Assembly: GCA_038087875.1 (NCBI GenBank)
Contig: JAXLNO010004592.1
Coordinates: 186,001-250,000 of the forward strand
Length of the DNA stretch: 64,000 bases
Reading direction: 5' to 3'
From: Malacoraja senta
Taxonomy: Eukaryota
The stretch's first letter is position 1. Each line of letters begins with the position of its first letter. The translations under genes were made by a program, and so were the position numbers. The notes under the pieces are model-generated. The model was not told the DNA's origin. It saw nothing but the letters and a program-made list of their open reading frames with translations, and ran no database searches. Shown in pieces: positions 1 to 11,109 of this stretch.

Positions 1-1645
1 AGCTTTGATTACTTAATACTGTGGTAGAAACTTGACTTTTTTTTTAAATTAAAAATAAATAGTGGTATCCAGGTGGGTTAAACTGCAATACTAATTCATT
101 TACTCTGCCAATTCTTTCAACCTTTAATGCACTAGTACAGTTTGTAATAGCTTCTGAAGACATTTTTCTCTAGATTTTCTGCACAGAAGTTAAATGTACA
201 ATGCACTAAGGCAGTCCGAGCCAATAGTAGGGAGGCTAAAATTATTATCACAGTCATATTATTCCTACACCTATTTGTGATTTCTCTACATATTTGCATC
301 TCAAATTCCTGCTGATAATTGTGAAGATGGGGGAACTAGTATATCCCTTTCAGAGAGATGAGATCCCTTTCATTACCCCTTTTATTATTTTTACACAGGT
401 TACTTCACTGGACTTCTTCCCTAATCCCTTCCTGGTTAACTTCTCTAAGTACTTTTGCGATGTTCTCCCTGATCAACAGTGCAAACACCTCTCCTCTTTT
501 TCCTCCACTCTGTCACGCTAGAGGCATTGATATCCCAGAACAATGAGTTGCGAATCTTGCCTATCTGTCTATCATGTTTCTGTTATAACTAAAATATTGC
601 AATCATATGCCATTCCATGCTCTGTTAATCTGTTTTACCTGTGATACTTTTTATATTAAAGCAAATACAGTTAGGGAAATCAGACCTTGCTTCCCTGTCT
701 TGCTCCTGATTGGCCTGCTCAATGGATACGCTTGCTTTAACCTCTACATTTGCTTCAAATTTCTCATCTGCCACACTACTACTTTGGGTTGTTTTTCCCC
801 TCTCTGTCAGACTAGTTTAAACCCCTCCAAGTAGCATTTACTGCGGATGCAGTAGATGAGGTTAGAGGAAGTGCAGGTGAACCTCTATCTCGACCCGAAG
901 CGTCACCTATGCATGTTCTCCAGAGATGCTGCCAACCTGCTGAGATATTACAGCACTTTGTGTCCTTTTAAATATGGTGAAACGTACTGGTAACATAATT
1001 TTGAAAGTTAGATTCTGTACTGGAGGAGCAAGTGTCATCAATTAATTACTGTAATTCTCTGGCAAAACCAACTAATTCCTAAATGCAAAATTGATTTAGC
1101 ACTTTGTTGTGAAAATAAAGAGTTGATATACTGAATTGCACAATTAGTAGACAGACTGGAATTTAGATAGTTGGACTTCAAAACATTTCAAACACAAAGT
1201 AATATGCCATCACCCATTAGAAATTGTTAGCAAGCAAATGGTGTGGCAAGCATATTTTAGCTGCAATACAAATCTTCGTATGAAGCAATCTGAAGAAGGG
1301 CCACAACCCGAAATGTCGCATTGTTCATCAGAAATGCTGCTGACCCATTGAGTGTAGCACTTTGTGTCATTTTTGGTAAACCAGCATCGGCAGTTCCTTA
1401 TGTCTCCATACTAACACTCCCACATCACAAGTGAAATACTGTACATTAATTTGCGCATATACTAAATCCTTCAAAGCAAAATACCCTTCCATTTATTCGC
1501 TCAACGTGCTTAAATTTATTAAAACAAACCTGGAATGCCATGACAACATAAGCATTGATATCATTTATCCAACTGTGGTTTTGGCTTGTTGTGAATTGGT
1601 CATGTTGAAGGCAGAGTTCAAAATATGTACATTGCTTAGCAGTCA

Positions 1646-1939
1646 GCAAAGTGGCGCAGTAGTAGAGTTGCTACCTTACAGTACCAGACCCAAGTTCGAT
1701 CCTGACTATGGGTGTTGACTGTACGGAGTTTGTACGTTGTTCCTGTGACCAGGTGGGTTTTCTCCGAGTACTCCGATTTCCCCCCACATTCCAAAGACCT
1801 ACAGATTTGTAGGTTAATTGGACATGTAAATTGCCCCTAGTGTGTAGAATAGAGTTAGTATACGGGGTGATCGCTGGTCGCCATGGATTCAGTGGGCCGA
1901 AGGACCTGTTTCCACGCTGTACGTCTAAACTAAACTAAA
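1646..1939 (+). mobile_element. tRNA-derived SINE with CR1-like tail
   Basis: A-box tggcgcagtag, B-box gttcgatcc, tail gggccgaaggacctgtttcc...(ctaaa)n. Paralogous copies occur elsewhere in the window. Confidence 0.8.
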
Positions 1940-3015
1940 AGTATGGCCTGTTGCTAATATTGCCAAATTGTTGAATTGCCAAATATACTGAATTGTCTGA
2001 AGTAAGACATTAACTCACAATCTTAGTCATAGAGCACAGAAGCATGACTTTTGGCCAAAATTCCCCATGCTGTCCAAGATGCCCCCATCTACAATAGTTC
2101 CACCTGTCCATGTTTGGCCCAAATGCCTCTGAATCTTACCTAACCACATACTATACCTGTCCAAATGTCTTTTGAAGTTGTTATTGTACCTGCCCCAACT
2201 ACTCCCTCAGGCAGCTTGTTCCATACACCCACCATCCTCTGTTGTCCCTCAGGTTCCTATTAAATCTTTCTCCTCTCACCTTAACCCTATGTGCTATGGT
2301 TATTGATTACCATACTCTGGGTAAAATACTTTGTGCATTCACCCTATCTATTCCCCTCATGATTTTACAGTCTTATGAAATAAAAACAACAAATGAAAGG
2401 GTTCTTGGCAGAGTGAATGTAGATGGATTTCCCTTGAACGGGATTATTGTTTGAAAACACAGCAGTTACAGATTTAGGACAAGAAGTGTTTTTTTTCTCT
2501 CTTTACTTTGGAACATTTCCTCAAAGGGGGGTTATTTTAAAGCAGAGATAAATTGATTCTTTATAGGCAATGGGTGAAATATTACTGGGGTGTAGGTGGA
2601 AATACAGAACTGAGGCTAAAATGAAATTGGCCATAATCATGTTGATTGGTAGAGCAGATTGGGGAGGGCGAGTGGTATACTGTTATTACAAAAAGGAGGA
2701 CAATTGGCTGCTCAAGCCTCCTCTGTCACAGTAAAATTATGGCAAAATCAATCTTGGTTTCAACACTGCTTCCCTACTCTCACGTACACCTCGATCTCTT
2801 ATTTATGTGTGATGATAATGACATCAAGATCTTTCAACTGACAACAGACTTAAAATGAGCAGTTTTTTAGCTTGTAATTCTAAACCAATTGGAGTCTGGT
2901 TCACCTATTGGCTTTTTCACTAATGCATCAATATGAAAATTGCTATTGATTTTTAATCCTTTTTTTAAAATGTATTATTACTTTTGTATTTCAAACTTTA
3001 TTTCATCTCTTTCAG

Positions 3016-3235
3016 CATTGACAAGATAACCAAGGTAGCTTCTCCCGTGCTGGTAATTCATGGTACTGAGGATGAAGTGATTGATTTTTCCCATGGTCTT
3101 ACAATGTACGAGCAATGCCCAAGAGCAGTGGAACCCCTCTGGGTCGAGGGAGCCGGCCACAATGACATTGAGCTTTATGCGCAGTACCTTGAAAGATTGA
3201 AACAGTTCATTAGTCATGAACTGCCTGTTTCTTGA
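3016..3235 (+). CDS. ABHD17C: Final coding exon of alpha/beta hydrolase domain-containing protein 17C (depalmitoylase)
   Basis: Acceptor tctctttcag at 3006-3015. Encodes [27 protein letters not shown]...[28 protein letters not shown] with the catalytic Asp and His motifs. The C-terminus [19 protein letters not shown] matches ABHD17C rather than ABHD17A/B. Confidence 0.93.
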
Positions 3236-4745
3236 AGACTCTGTGGATGTTTCCAAGGCAAATGTGAATAGATGAACTGCTTTAATTTGCACATGGTCAA
3301 ACTGGACTACTGTAGCTTCTGAGGACACAAGAAGCTATCACTTTTCAGGCTGATTCATTTGAGAAACAGCACAAAATCTGTCATTTTTATACCAGGAAAA
3401 ATCCATATGATTTATGTATCTTGCACATGAAATAATGTTCACCTACTGTAATTTTAAATATTTTATGATTGTTATTAACGTTTAGTATTTCCTGAATTAC
3501 AAATTATTGTTTAACTGTCTGGGGATGTAAGCTGTTCAGCATCCTGGCAACAATTTTCCTGAATTTTTTGGAGTAGAAATCTCTCTTTGGTCACTTAATA
3601 AATGTATGAGAATGGTCATTGGTGTACTCCACACATTCAATTCCTTTTATATTGGATGATTGAAGCTTGAGATGAGTACAACCAGCTGCCAATACTGAGT
3701 TTAGTCATAATGACCAAAGATTACTCTCAACCCTTTATTTTTTTTGCAACTAGTTTATAAACTGGAAATTTCTTGTACAATGTAACATGACAGAGTATGC
3801 GATTGTGAATAAGTAGCTAAAACAGCCTTTCATTGAAAGATGATTAAACCAATGTGATTAATTAATCTGAATGTTTATTACCTTCTAGATATTTATAGTA
3901 TTGTCCCTAAGTATTGTATTTGTAAAACTCAATGAAATTGAAAGGAAACTCCATTTCATCACTAACGTTCTTTAAAGTGGTCACGATGTTCCAACATTTA
4001 TGGAAGTGCTTTCCATATTAAAATTGTTAAACAATACCTCATATTTCCCTAATGGTGCAAAACATGGTACATGGCTGCATACCTTTTCACATGTGTAAAG
4101 TTACGAACTAATTGACAGTTCTTGTGTATTGTATTTCAGGAGAGGAGTTCCAAAAATAAGTGTTGTGTCTTCATCTTAAATAGTATTGCTTCTTCTGTGA
4201 TATCTTTCAAGGTTATAGGAACTTTTCAGTTTCAGGTGTTGAATTGATGTGATAACTGTCTAATAGCTTTATCCTGTGAGATGTTTTCATTTGTATTTAT
4301 ACCCTGAATTAATTACACATTCAACTTTAAAAAATGTACAGCCATTTAGTTTCAAAAAATTACATATCAATTATCAATATGGGAACAGATGGAAAGACCA
4401 GAAATTTGAGGTTGATTTTGACCTTGGGATTGTATTGAAATATCCAGAAATAATGCAAGACAATGCTAAACAAACTGATCAAAGCCTTAAATGTAATAAG
4501 GACCTCTGTATATTTGATTTCAATACCAATTGTTGTAAGTTATACATAAGCAACAAATTGTCACAATGGAATGAAAGATGCATGAAATGTAGAAAAAAAT
4601 TGAAAGTCAACATTGTGTAAAGTAGGAAACAACAATAAACCAATTTCAGCCTTTTTGGTGTAATCAGTTTAAAAAATGATTCAAAATATGGATTAAACGT
4701 AGGAAATATTGTGCATAATAAACCTATTGACGACATCTATTTTTT
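3236..4745 (+). other. ABHD17C: ABHD17C 3' UTR with candidate poly(A) signals (AATAAA at 3597, 4634, 4717)
   Basis: AT-rich, repeat-free stretch after the stop codon with three AATAAA hexamers; a CR1 fragment begins at about 4790. Confidence 0.55.
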
Positions 4746-4789
4746 CCAATTATTTTGTCCTATTAGGTTTATAGTAGAAAACTTAAAAA

Positions 4790-5915
4790 GGAGATTGGCA
4801 GGCAGGATCAAAGAGAATCCCCAAATCTTTTACAAGTATATTAGAAGCAAGAGGATAGCTAGAAAAAGAATAGGTTGCTTCAAGGACGAAAATGTTTATT
4901 TGTAAATGGATAAAACAGAGTGGAAATGGGATTTGAATGGGATCCTAAATATGTACTTCTCATTGATATTCACCAGGGAGAAACATATGGAGGATAGAGA
5001 GTTAGGGGAGCCATGCATTGATATTCTGGAACAGGAAAGAGAAACCGTTCGAGATAGTACCACACACTAAAGTGCATAAATCCTTAAGCCTGAAGGGATC
5101 TATCCAGGGACTCTTAAGAGTTTTGCATCTTCATTTGCCACAGGTGAGGTAAAAGAAGACTGGATTGGAAAGGTTTAAACAATATTGCCTGGAATGGAAG
5201 GCTTTAGTTGTAAGGAACGACTGGGTAGACTGGGTTTATTCTCATGAGAACACAGGAAGCTGAAGGATGGTTCTATAGAGGTTTATAAAATGACTAGATT
5301 ATGTGCAGACCCATTGGGTCTGCTCCCCCAACGGTGTGCGTTGGCGAGCTGATGTAGCTGTTTTTTAAATGAGGCCCTCCCCCTGACGTCACTGGAAGGT
5401 GGTGGAATATTCTGTTTCACTGTACCATTGGGGGGGGGCGGGGGGTGTGACTAACCCGGGGAGGGTTAGTCACTGGAAGCTGGTGTTTTAAAAGGTTGTT
5501 TTGGCTTTTTGTGGAAACTTTAATCATGAATAACCATGGAGGGGGCGAGGGGGCAGGGGGTGTGAATAACCTGGAGAGGGAGATGCTGGAGGATAGGGTA
5601 GATAGAGTCCTTTTCCCAGGATGCTGAGAGGGGAGGAATTTGCTGAGAAGCATAGCTGAGAGGGGAGGAATTTAAAGGAAAATTGAATAGCAAGCTTTTT
5701 CCATACATAAGGTCTGATTATACAGAATGAGCTGGCGTAGGGGGGAATACAATAAGAATGTTTACAAATCATTTGGACAAAGTACCTGGATAGGACAATA
5801 GTAGTGGGACACAGGCCTTAAGCAGACAAATTGGATTAGCATTTATAGGCATAGTTGTGGCATGGATGCGATGGGATGGGCCATTGGTCCTGTTTCTGAG
5901 CTATACAACTGTACG
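4790..5915 (+). mobile_element. Fragmented CR1 LINE (interrupted by 5294-5593)
   Basis: IKENPQIFYKYIRSKR ORF2 motif and a CR1-type 3' tail. Confidence 0.75.
5294..5593 (-). mobile_element. Possible non-autonomous Helitron fragment inserted in a CR1 copy
   Basis: On the - strand, the hairpin GCAGACCCA-A-TGGGTCTGC lies 7 nt before a terminal CTAG followed by T. It interrupts CR1 sequence. Confidence 0.45.
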
Positions 5916-6510
5916 ACTCGACCCTACCATTCATTATGTACACCCTCACCTACCCAAAGTTTATCACCTGGCACTTATCTAGAGTAAATTTCATCTGTCA
6001 TGATTTTGCCATTTTACCAGCTAAGCAATATAATTCTACAATGTAGGACTCCAACCTCCCCCCCCCCCCTCACTATCAACAGCACTACTGAGTGTTGTGT
6101 CATCTGGAAACATCTTGCATATCTAAGATATTAATGTATATAATGATCACCACATTCTAGCCTTATTACAAAATACCTCCATCATCACCTTCTCCCTCCT
6201 AATCACCAAGCTAATTTTGGATGCCTTGGGCTCTAACCTTCTGGACTAGTCTTTTTTACTGTAGTCATGTGGACCACATCAACAGCATTGGCCTCAATAC
6301 ATTTTGTCACTTTGGAAAATTCAGTCAAGTTGGTCAGGCTGAGTCCCCCCACAACAACCATGCTGATTGTTAATAATCCTTGCTTTTTGAAGTAGACATT
6401 AATCTTGTCCCACAGAATTTTTCCCAATAACATTCTTGCTCTTGACATTGGACACTCAGTCCTATAATTATGTGGTTTATCACTGCTACCCATCTTGAAT
6501 AAAGCTGTTA

Positions 6511-6636
6511 AAGAAGGAACTGCAGATGCTGGAAAATCGAAGGTACACAAAAATGCTGGAGAAACTCAGCGGGTGCAGCAGCATCTATGGAGCGAAGGAA
6601 ATAGGTAACGTTTTGGGCCGAAACCCTTCCTCAGAC
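6511..6636 (-). mobile_element. Penelope-type 3' end fragment (same family at ~843-968, 1288-1400, 26246-26428, 38224-38382, 41708-41910, 42135-42263, 50920-51107, 55636-55795, 57108-57228, 63003-63085)
   Basis: Recurrent aaggaactgcagatgctgg...aactcagcggg..cagcatct motif, identical to the termini of the 20338-21733 element. Several copies have TSDs, for example tactcttgggtg at 57096 and 57229. Confidence 0.7.
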
Positions 6637-7206
6637 CACGTTTGCTGTCCTCCAGTCATCTAGTGTTTCCCCTTAGTTCAGCAAAGATTTAACAATCTTT
6701 GTCAGGGCCCCAGCAATCTCCTCCCTTGCCTTCCATAACAGCCTTGAATACTTCTTATGAATCCCTGAGGATTTATACCATCTCAACATTTCATATCTCT
6801 ATTAATGTTAACATGTTCTAGAATTTCACTCGGCCCTTCTCTCCCTGGGTTCACCAACCAGATAAGATGCAGCTAGAATACAAATCAACATCCTGAATTT
6901 GAATTATTATTATGTCTATTAGTTATAAGCATACATATGGCAACACTGGTCGGGATTAAGATGTTCAGGTAATTCTTTCATTAGCCAAGGCTTTACTGCT
7001 GTAAATGATTGAATAATTTAAAACACCAAATTTGTTTTGTAATTATCCCCTGCTCATTACATTTTAATGCATTAATAACTCTATCTGAGCTCTGCTATAA
7101 TTTGTGTCACATCTTATGTTTGCAGTACATGTTAATAATATCGAACGAACAGTATCTGTACCGCCTCCAAGTCGCTAGCTGGTTCTGGTGTCAATACTGA
7201 AACGTC

Positions 7207-7214
7207 ATGGTAAG
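7207..7214 (+). CDS. Candidate alternative first coding exon end (ATG GTA AG|gtgagt) of the upstream TM gene
   Basis: gtcATGG Kozak context, consensus donor AG|GTGAGT, phase 2, in frame with the acceptors at 8773 and 10757. Confidence 0.4.
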
Positions 7215-7779
7215 GTGAGTCCCATATTCCCCCCAAAAATCACTCGTTATCTGTTTTATTTGCGTGTGTGTGTGTGGCCAGTGTACCAGCAGGTCACATT
7301 GTCATACATTACAACTCAAAATACTTAGTTTTCTACTTGGAATTATAATTGTTCCAAATAATGAATGCAATAGCCAGAAAGGCATTAAAGCTTGACCAAA
7401 TGATCAATCACGTGGCGGCAGGTATCACAAATACCTCAAGAAAAACTGTCAACTCAAAATAATTGGTGAAAGGTCTTTGACCTGAAACATTAACTGTTTT
7501 ACTCTTTCCACGGGTACAGTTCGACCTCTGTTGAGTGCTTCAGCCTTTTCTGTTTCGATTTCAGACTTCCAGCAGCTGCAGTTTTGTATTAATTTCCAAC
7601 TAATTCACTTACTAGAAAATGGTTACACTTTTTAATGGGGGTTTTTAAACAGTGATTTGTTTAACAATAATGTCCTTTAATACAATTTTACTATAGTGAA
7701 TGGAGCCAACCTCTTTCTCGATATTATTGATTTTGTTTATAATCTAGTGACTACAAATATCCGAACTGTAATTCCTGGG

Positions 7780-8155
7780 TCTTTGTCCCTCGGTACAGGA
7801 TTTTACCGGCATTAAAGGCTGTGGAAACGAGGCTGCGCATCGCAGTCTGAACTACTAGAAGCCGGCGCCTGCAGCTCGGCTCCCTGCACATCGACACCGA
7901 GTTACCAGCTCGGCTTTGGAGGCGGGTACACCGCATGTGGCCGTGCTTATTTCTCGCTTCAGGTTGGGGATGCGCTTGAGATCCCAGTGCTTGGCTCGCT
8001 GTCCCGAACGTTTCGCCGCCAGGTGATGTCACATGCCACGTGGATTTTGTTTTGACTCCAGCTGCAATCAACACTACAACAAAAGCGGAGGAAAGAAAGG
8101 AATCAGTTTGACCGGGCGAAAAGCCGAGATTGGTACTAGGGACCATGCCGCGGTA
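7780..8155 (+). promoter_or_regulatory. CpG-rich island / candidate promoter and first exon (accATG CCG CG|gtaaaa at 8145-8152)
   Basis: Local CpG enrichment against an AT-rich background. ATG in accATG context followed by a phase-2 GT donor that is compatible with the downstream exons. Confidence 0.45.
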
Positions 8156-8772
8156 AAATACAAATATTTCGTCTACTATTTCTGAGCATCAATTCCAAAG
8201 TTTCATATTGTGCGTGTGTTGTGTTCCCCCATACATTGAAACCCCAAATCATTTAAAATGGAAAGACACACTGGATTGACGATAATCTAACTTTAAATAT
8301 ATTTGCTTAGAGAAAAAAACGAATGAAATAATCAACTTTTAACCTTGCTTTTATTTCCATGTATTTAAATAATGTAATTAGAACTGCACGTTGTTCTTTT
8401 ACTTAAACGATGAGAAATCCTTCCAACTTTAGTTGAAGTGACCTTTTTCTGCCGTCCTCTCACTTCTGTTGACTGACAGTCCAACAACTCCCACCCTCGA
8501 TCGGCAGTCTCCAGTACTGTGCAACATTACTGGAAACAGTATAATTCTGCCAGGCAGGTCCTAGTGCGTGGTGATTTACACAAATAATAAATAGACGTTT
8601 GTTTCTATTGAAGAGTAAACTTAATGTCAATGATGTTTCTCTGGCCCTAATTTGCAAAGTTCAGACACGGCTAGCCAGCTTGAAGTTCGCTGCTTGGCAT
8701 GTTATAAAATTACTTTAACGGAGTATTTGGCAGGAGAATGAGAAGACGACTGAGAGAATAGTTTATCTTCAG

Positions 8773-8838
8773 TTTTTGGATGAAAAACACAAACCATACC
8801 ATTAAGAGTAACTGCCGTAGGGAATTTATTGGACCAAG
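8773..8838 (+). CDS. Candidate 66-nt symmetric (phase 2-2) exon, FWMKNTNHTIKSNCRREFIGP
   Basis: Acceptor ttatcttcag, perfect donor AAG|GTAAGT, length a multiple of 3, no stop in the frame that joins exon 10757. Confidence 0.45.
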
Positions 8839-9249
8839 GTAAGTGAGATTTGTAGGTGTTGGAAATTGGTGGGTTGACATCTGATAATTAACTATGTACA
8901 GTGCGGTGGAAAAAAACGAATGTGGTACTTTTGAAGAGCAGAGAGCTTTTCAGATGTAAATGATATTTTGCAACTGCGAAATCTGGAGTTATAATCAGAT
9001 ATAAAAAATATCTATTCATTTTTAACCAAAATTTTTTAACTAATTGGCTCAATTAGTGAGGTTTGGAAAGAGATTCAAAGATTCAATTTTAAATGAATTA
9101 GTGTTTGAAAGGAATTCTTTTTTGTGCTGTTAAGTTGTTTCATTTCACTAATTGTGGCTTTTATTCCATGGAATATTGCGAAAAGTCACATATTTAGATC
9201 TTTGATTTAAGAAAATAAACTGACCTTAATTAAAAAGAGCAGCCTCCAT

Positions 9250-9645
9250 AGAGTCATAGAGTAATACAGTGTGGAAACAGGCCCTTTGGCCCATCTCGCT
9301 CACACCAGCCAACAATGTCCCAGCTACCCTAATCCCACTTACCTGCGCTTGATCCATACCGCTCCAAACCTGTCCTATCCATGTACCCTGTCCAACTGTT
9401 TCTTAAATGATGGGACAGTCCCAGCCTCAACTACCTCCTCTGGCAGCTTGTTCCATACACCCACCACCCTCTGTGTGAAAAAGTTACCCCTCGGATTCCT
9501 ATTAAATCTTTTCCCCATCACCTTGAACCTATGTTCTCTGGTCCTCGATTCCCCTACTCTGGGTAAAAGACTCTGTGCATATACCCAATCTATTCCTCTC
9601 ATGATTTTGTATACCTCTATAAGATCTCCCCTCATCCTCCTAACA
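9250..9645 (-). mobile_element. CR1 LINE 3' end
   Basis: RRMRGDLIEVYKIMRG...FFTQRVVGVWNKLP, the CR1 ORF2 C-terminus. Confidence 0.88.
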
Positions 9646-10021
9646 TCCTCATAACAATCAAATGTGCTTACTTGTGTGAAGACGTTGATGACCGTGGAGT
9701 TCAAGGAACACAAATTTCCTGGGCGTTCATAGTTTTAGTCACATCATTGCTGTGAATTTAGTTTGTCACGTTGCGACCAACAAGTAACAGCGAATGGAGT
9801 TCCAGAGGTCAGAAATACATATATTTATTCAGGAAGTAATTTGGAAGAAAACATACAAATCTTTCAACCTAGCCCTTTTTCTTGCTACCCACTTCTAATT
9901 TGATAGTTACTCACAATTTCTATGGACGCTAGGTTAAATGTAAATGTTTATCTAATGACTGGGTTATGCAGCATTTCGGGTGGTATCTGTGGAGACAGAA
10001 ATTTCAGGCCAAAGGACAAGA

Positions 10022-10325
10022 ACAATGGTGCAGCTGGAAGCGCTGCTGCCTCGCATCACCAGGGACCCGGGTTCAATCCTGACCTTGGGTACTGTCTGTG
10101 TGGAGTTTGCATGTTCTCCCTGTGACTGTTTCCTCCAGGAGCTCCCATTTCATCTTGCATCCCAAAGGCGTGTGGGTATGTAGGTTAATTGGCCTCTGTA
10201 AATTCCCCTGGTGTGCAGAGTGGATGGGAAAGTGGGATAACATAGAACTAGTGTGAACGAGTAATCAGTGGTCGGCATGGACACGGCCGAAGGGCCTGTT
10301 TCCATGCTATAACTCTAAACCAAAT
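10022..10325 (+). mobile_element. tRNA-derived SINE
   Basis: Same architecture as 1646-1939 (tggtgcagctgg, ggttcaatcc, gaagggcctgtttccatgct). Confidence 0.78.
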
Positions 10326-10756
10326 ATTGAACACAAACAACTTCAATTTTAAGCAAATACAAGATGTAGAAAATGAACAGGTAGAGTGATGATAATTTAA
10401 GATGGTCATTTAAGAAGACGTACGTAAACAAAAGGTTTAGATTCAAGAAATTAAAATAATCTGGTGGCAAGGAAGAGGCTTATGAAGCTTTAAATGTGAT
10501 AGTGGAAAGGCTGATATATTCCATGTACAGATGTTATCCAAAGGCAGTAATTACATCTCCTATGTCCTTTCATCCGCCAATACCATCTCCACACCCAGGG
10601 CTCTCCCGCAATCATCCTTAAGACAAGGTTACAGTGATCATCAAGGACACAAGGAACTATAGATGTTGGTTTACAATGATAATTTGATGATTACTGATTG
10701 GTTTCACTGTGGTGGATTGTATGATGTTAATTTTGACTTTTTACTGTCATTTTCAG

Positions 10757-11109
10757 ATTCAAAATGCAAACAGATGAAACCCCCAAGTTCCAATCTTCCC
10801 TCAAAGACAATTGTGACAACTGCACAGTTAAGAGGTTTTCGCAAAGTACAATACCTCAGTCCCTTCATTTATGGCCTCATCAAAAGCAGTTGCTGTTTCA
10901 AAATGTCTCGCCTGCATTGGAAGCTGCTCCCAGGCTTCTCATGCCTGAGGATCATACACTAAAGAAAAGGAGGAGAGTGTTTTCTAGCCCAGAGGTAGCA
11001 AGAGAATTTGCACTTCACCTGCTGTATTTTGCAGTTTTTGCTGTAGGTGTACTGGGTTTACTTCACTGGCATGGCATGATACAGCTATTCCAAGGAAAAA
11101 GTTGCAAAG
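10757..11109 (+). CDS. Exon encoding the cytoplasmic tail and transmembrane helix of a type II membrane protein (putative N-terminus of the CEMIP2-like gene)
   Basis: Acceptor cattttcag|, ATG at 10764, donor AAG|GTAAGC (phase 1). Encodes KKRRR (10962-10976) followed by hydrophobic FALHLLYFAVFAVGVLGLL (11007-11063). Confidence 0.7.

Noticed and set aside
1646-1720. tRNA gene
   Set aside because: The A and B boxes belong to a SINE head; there is no cloverleaf and the sequence continues into a SINE body.
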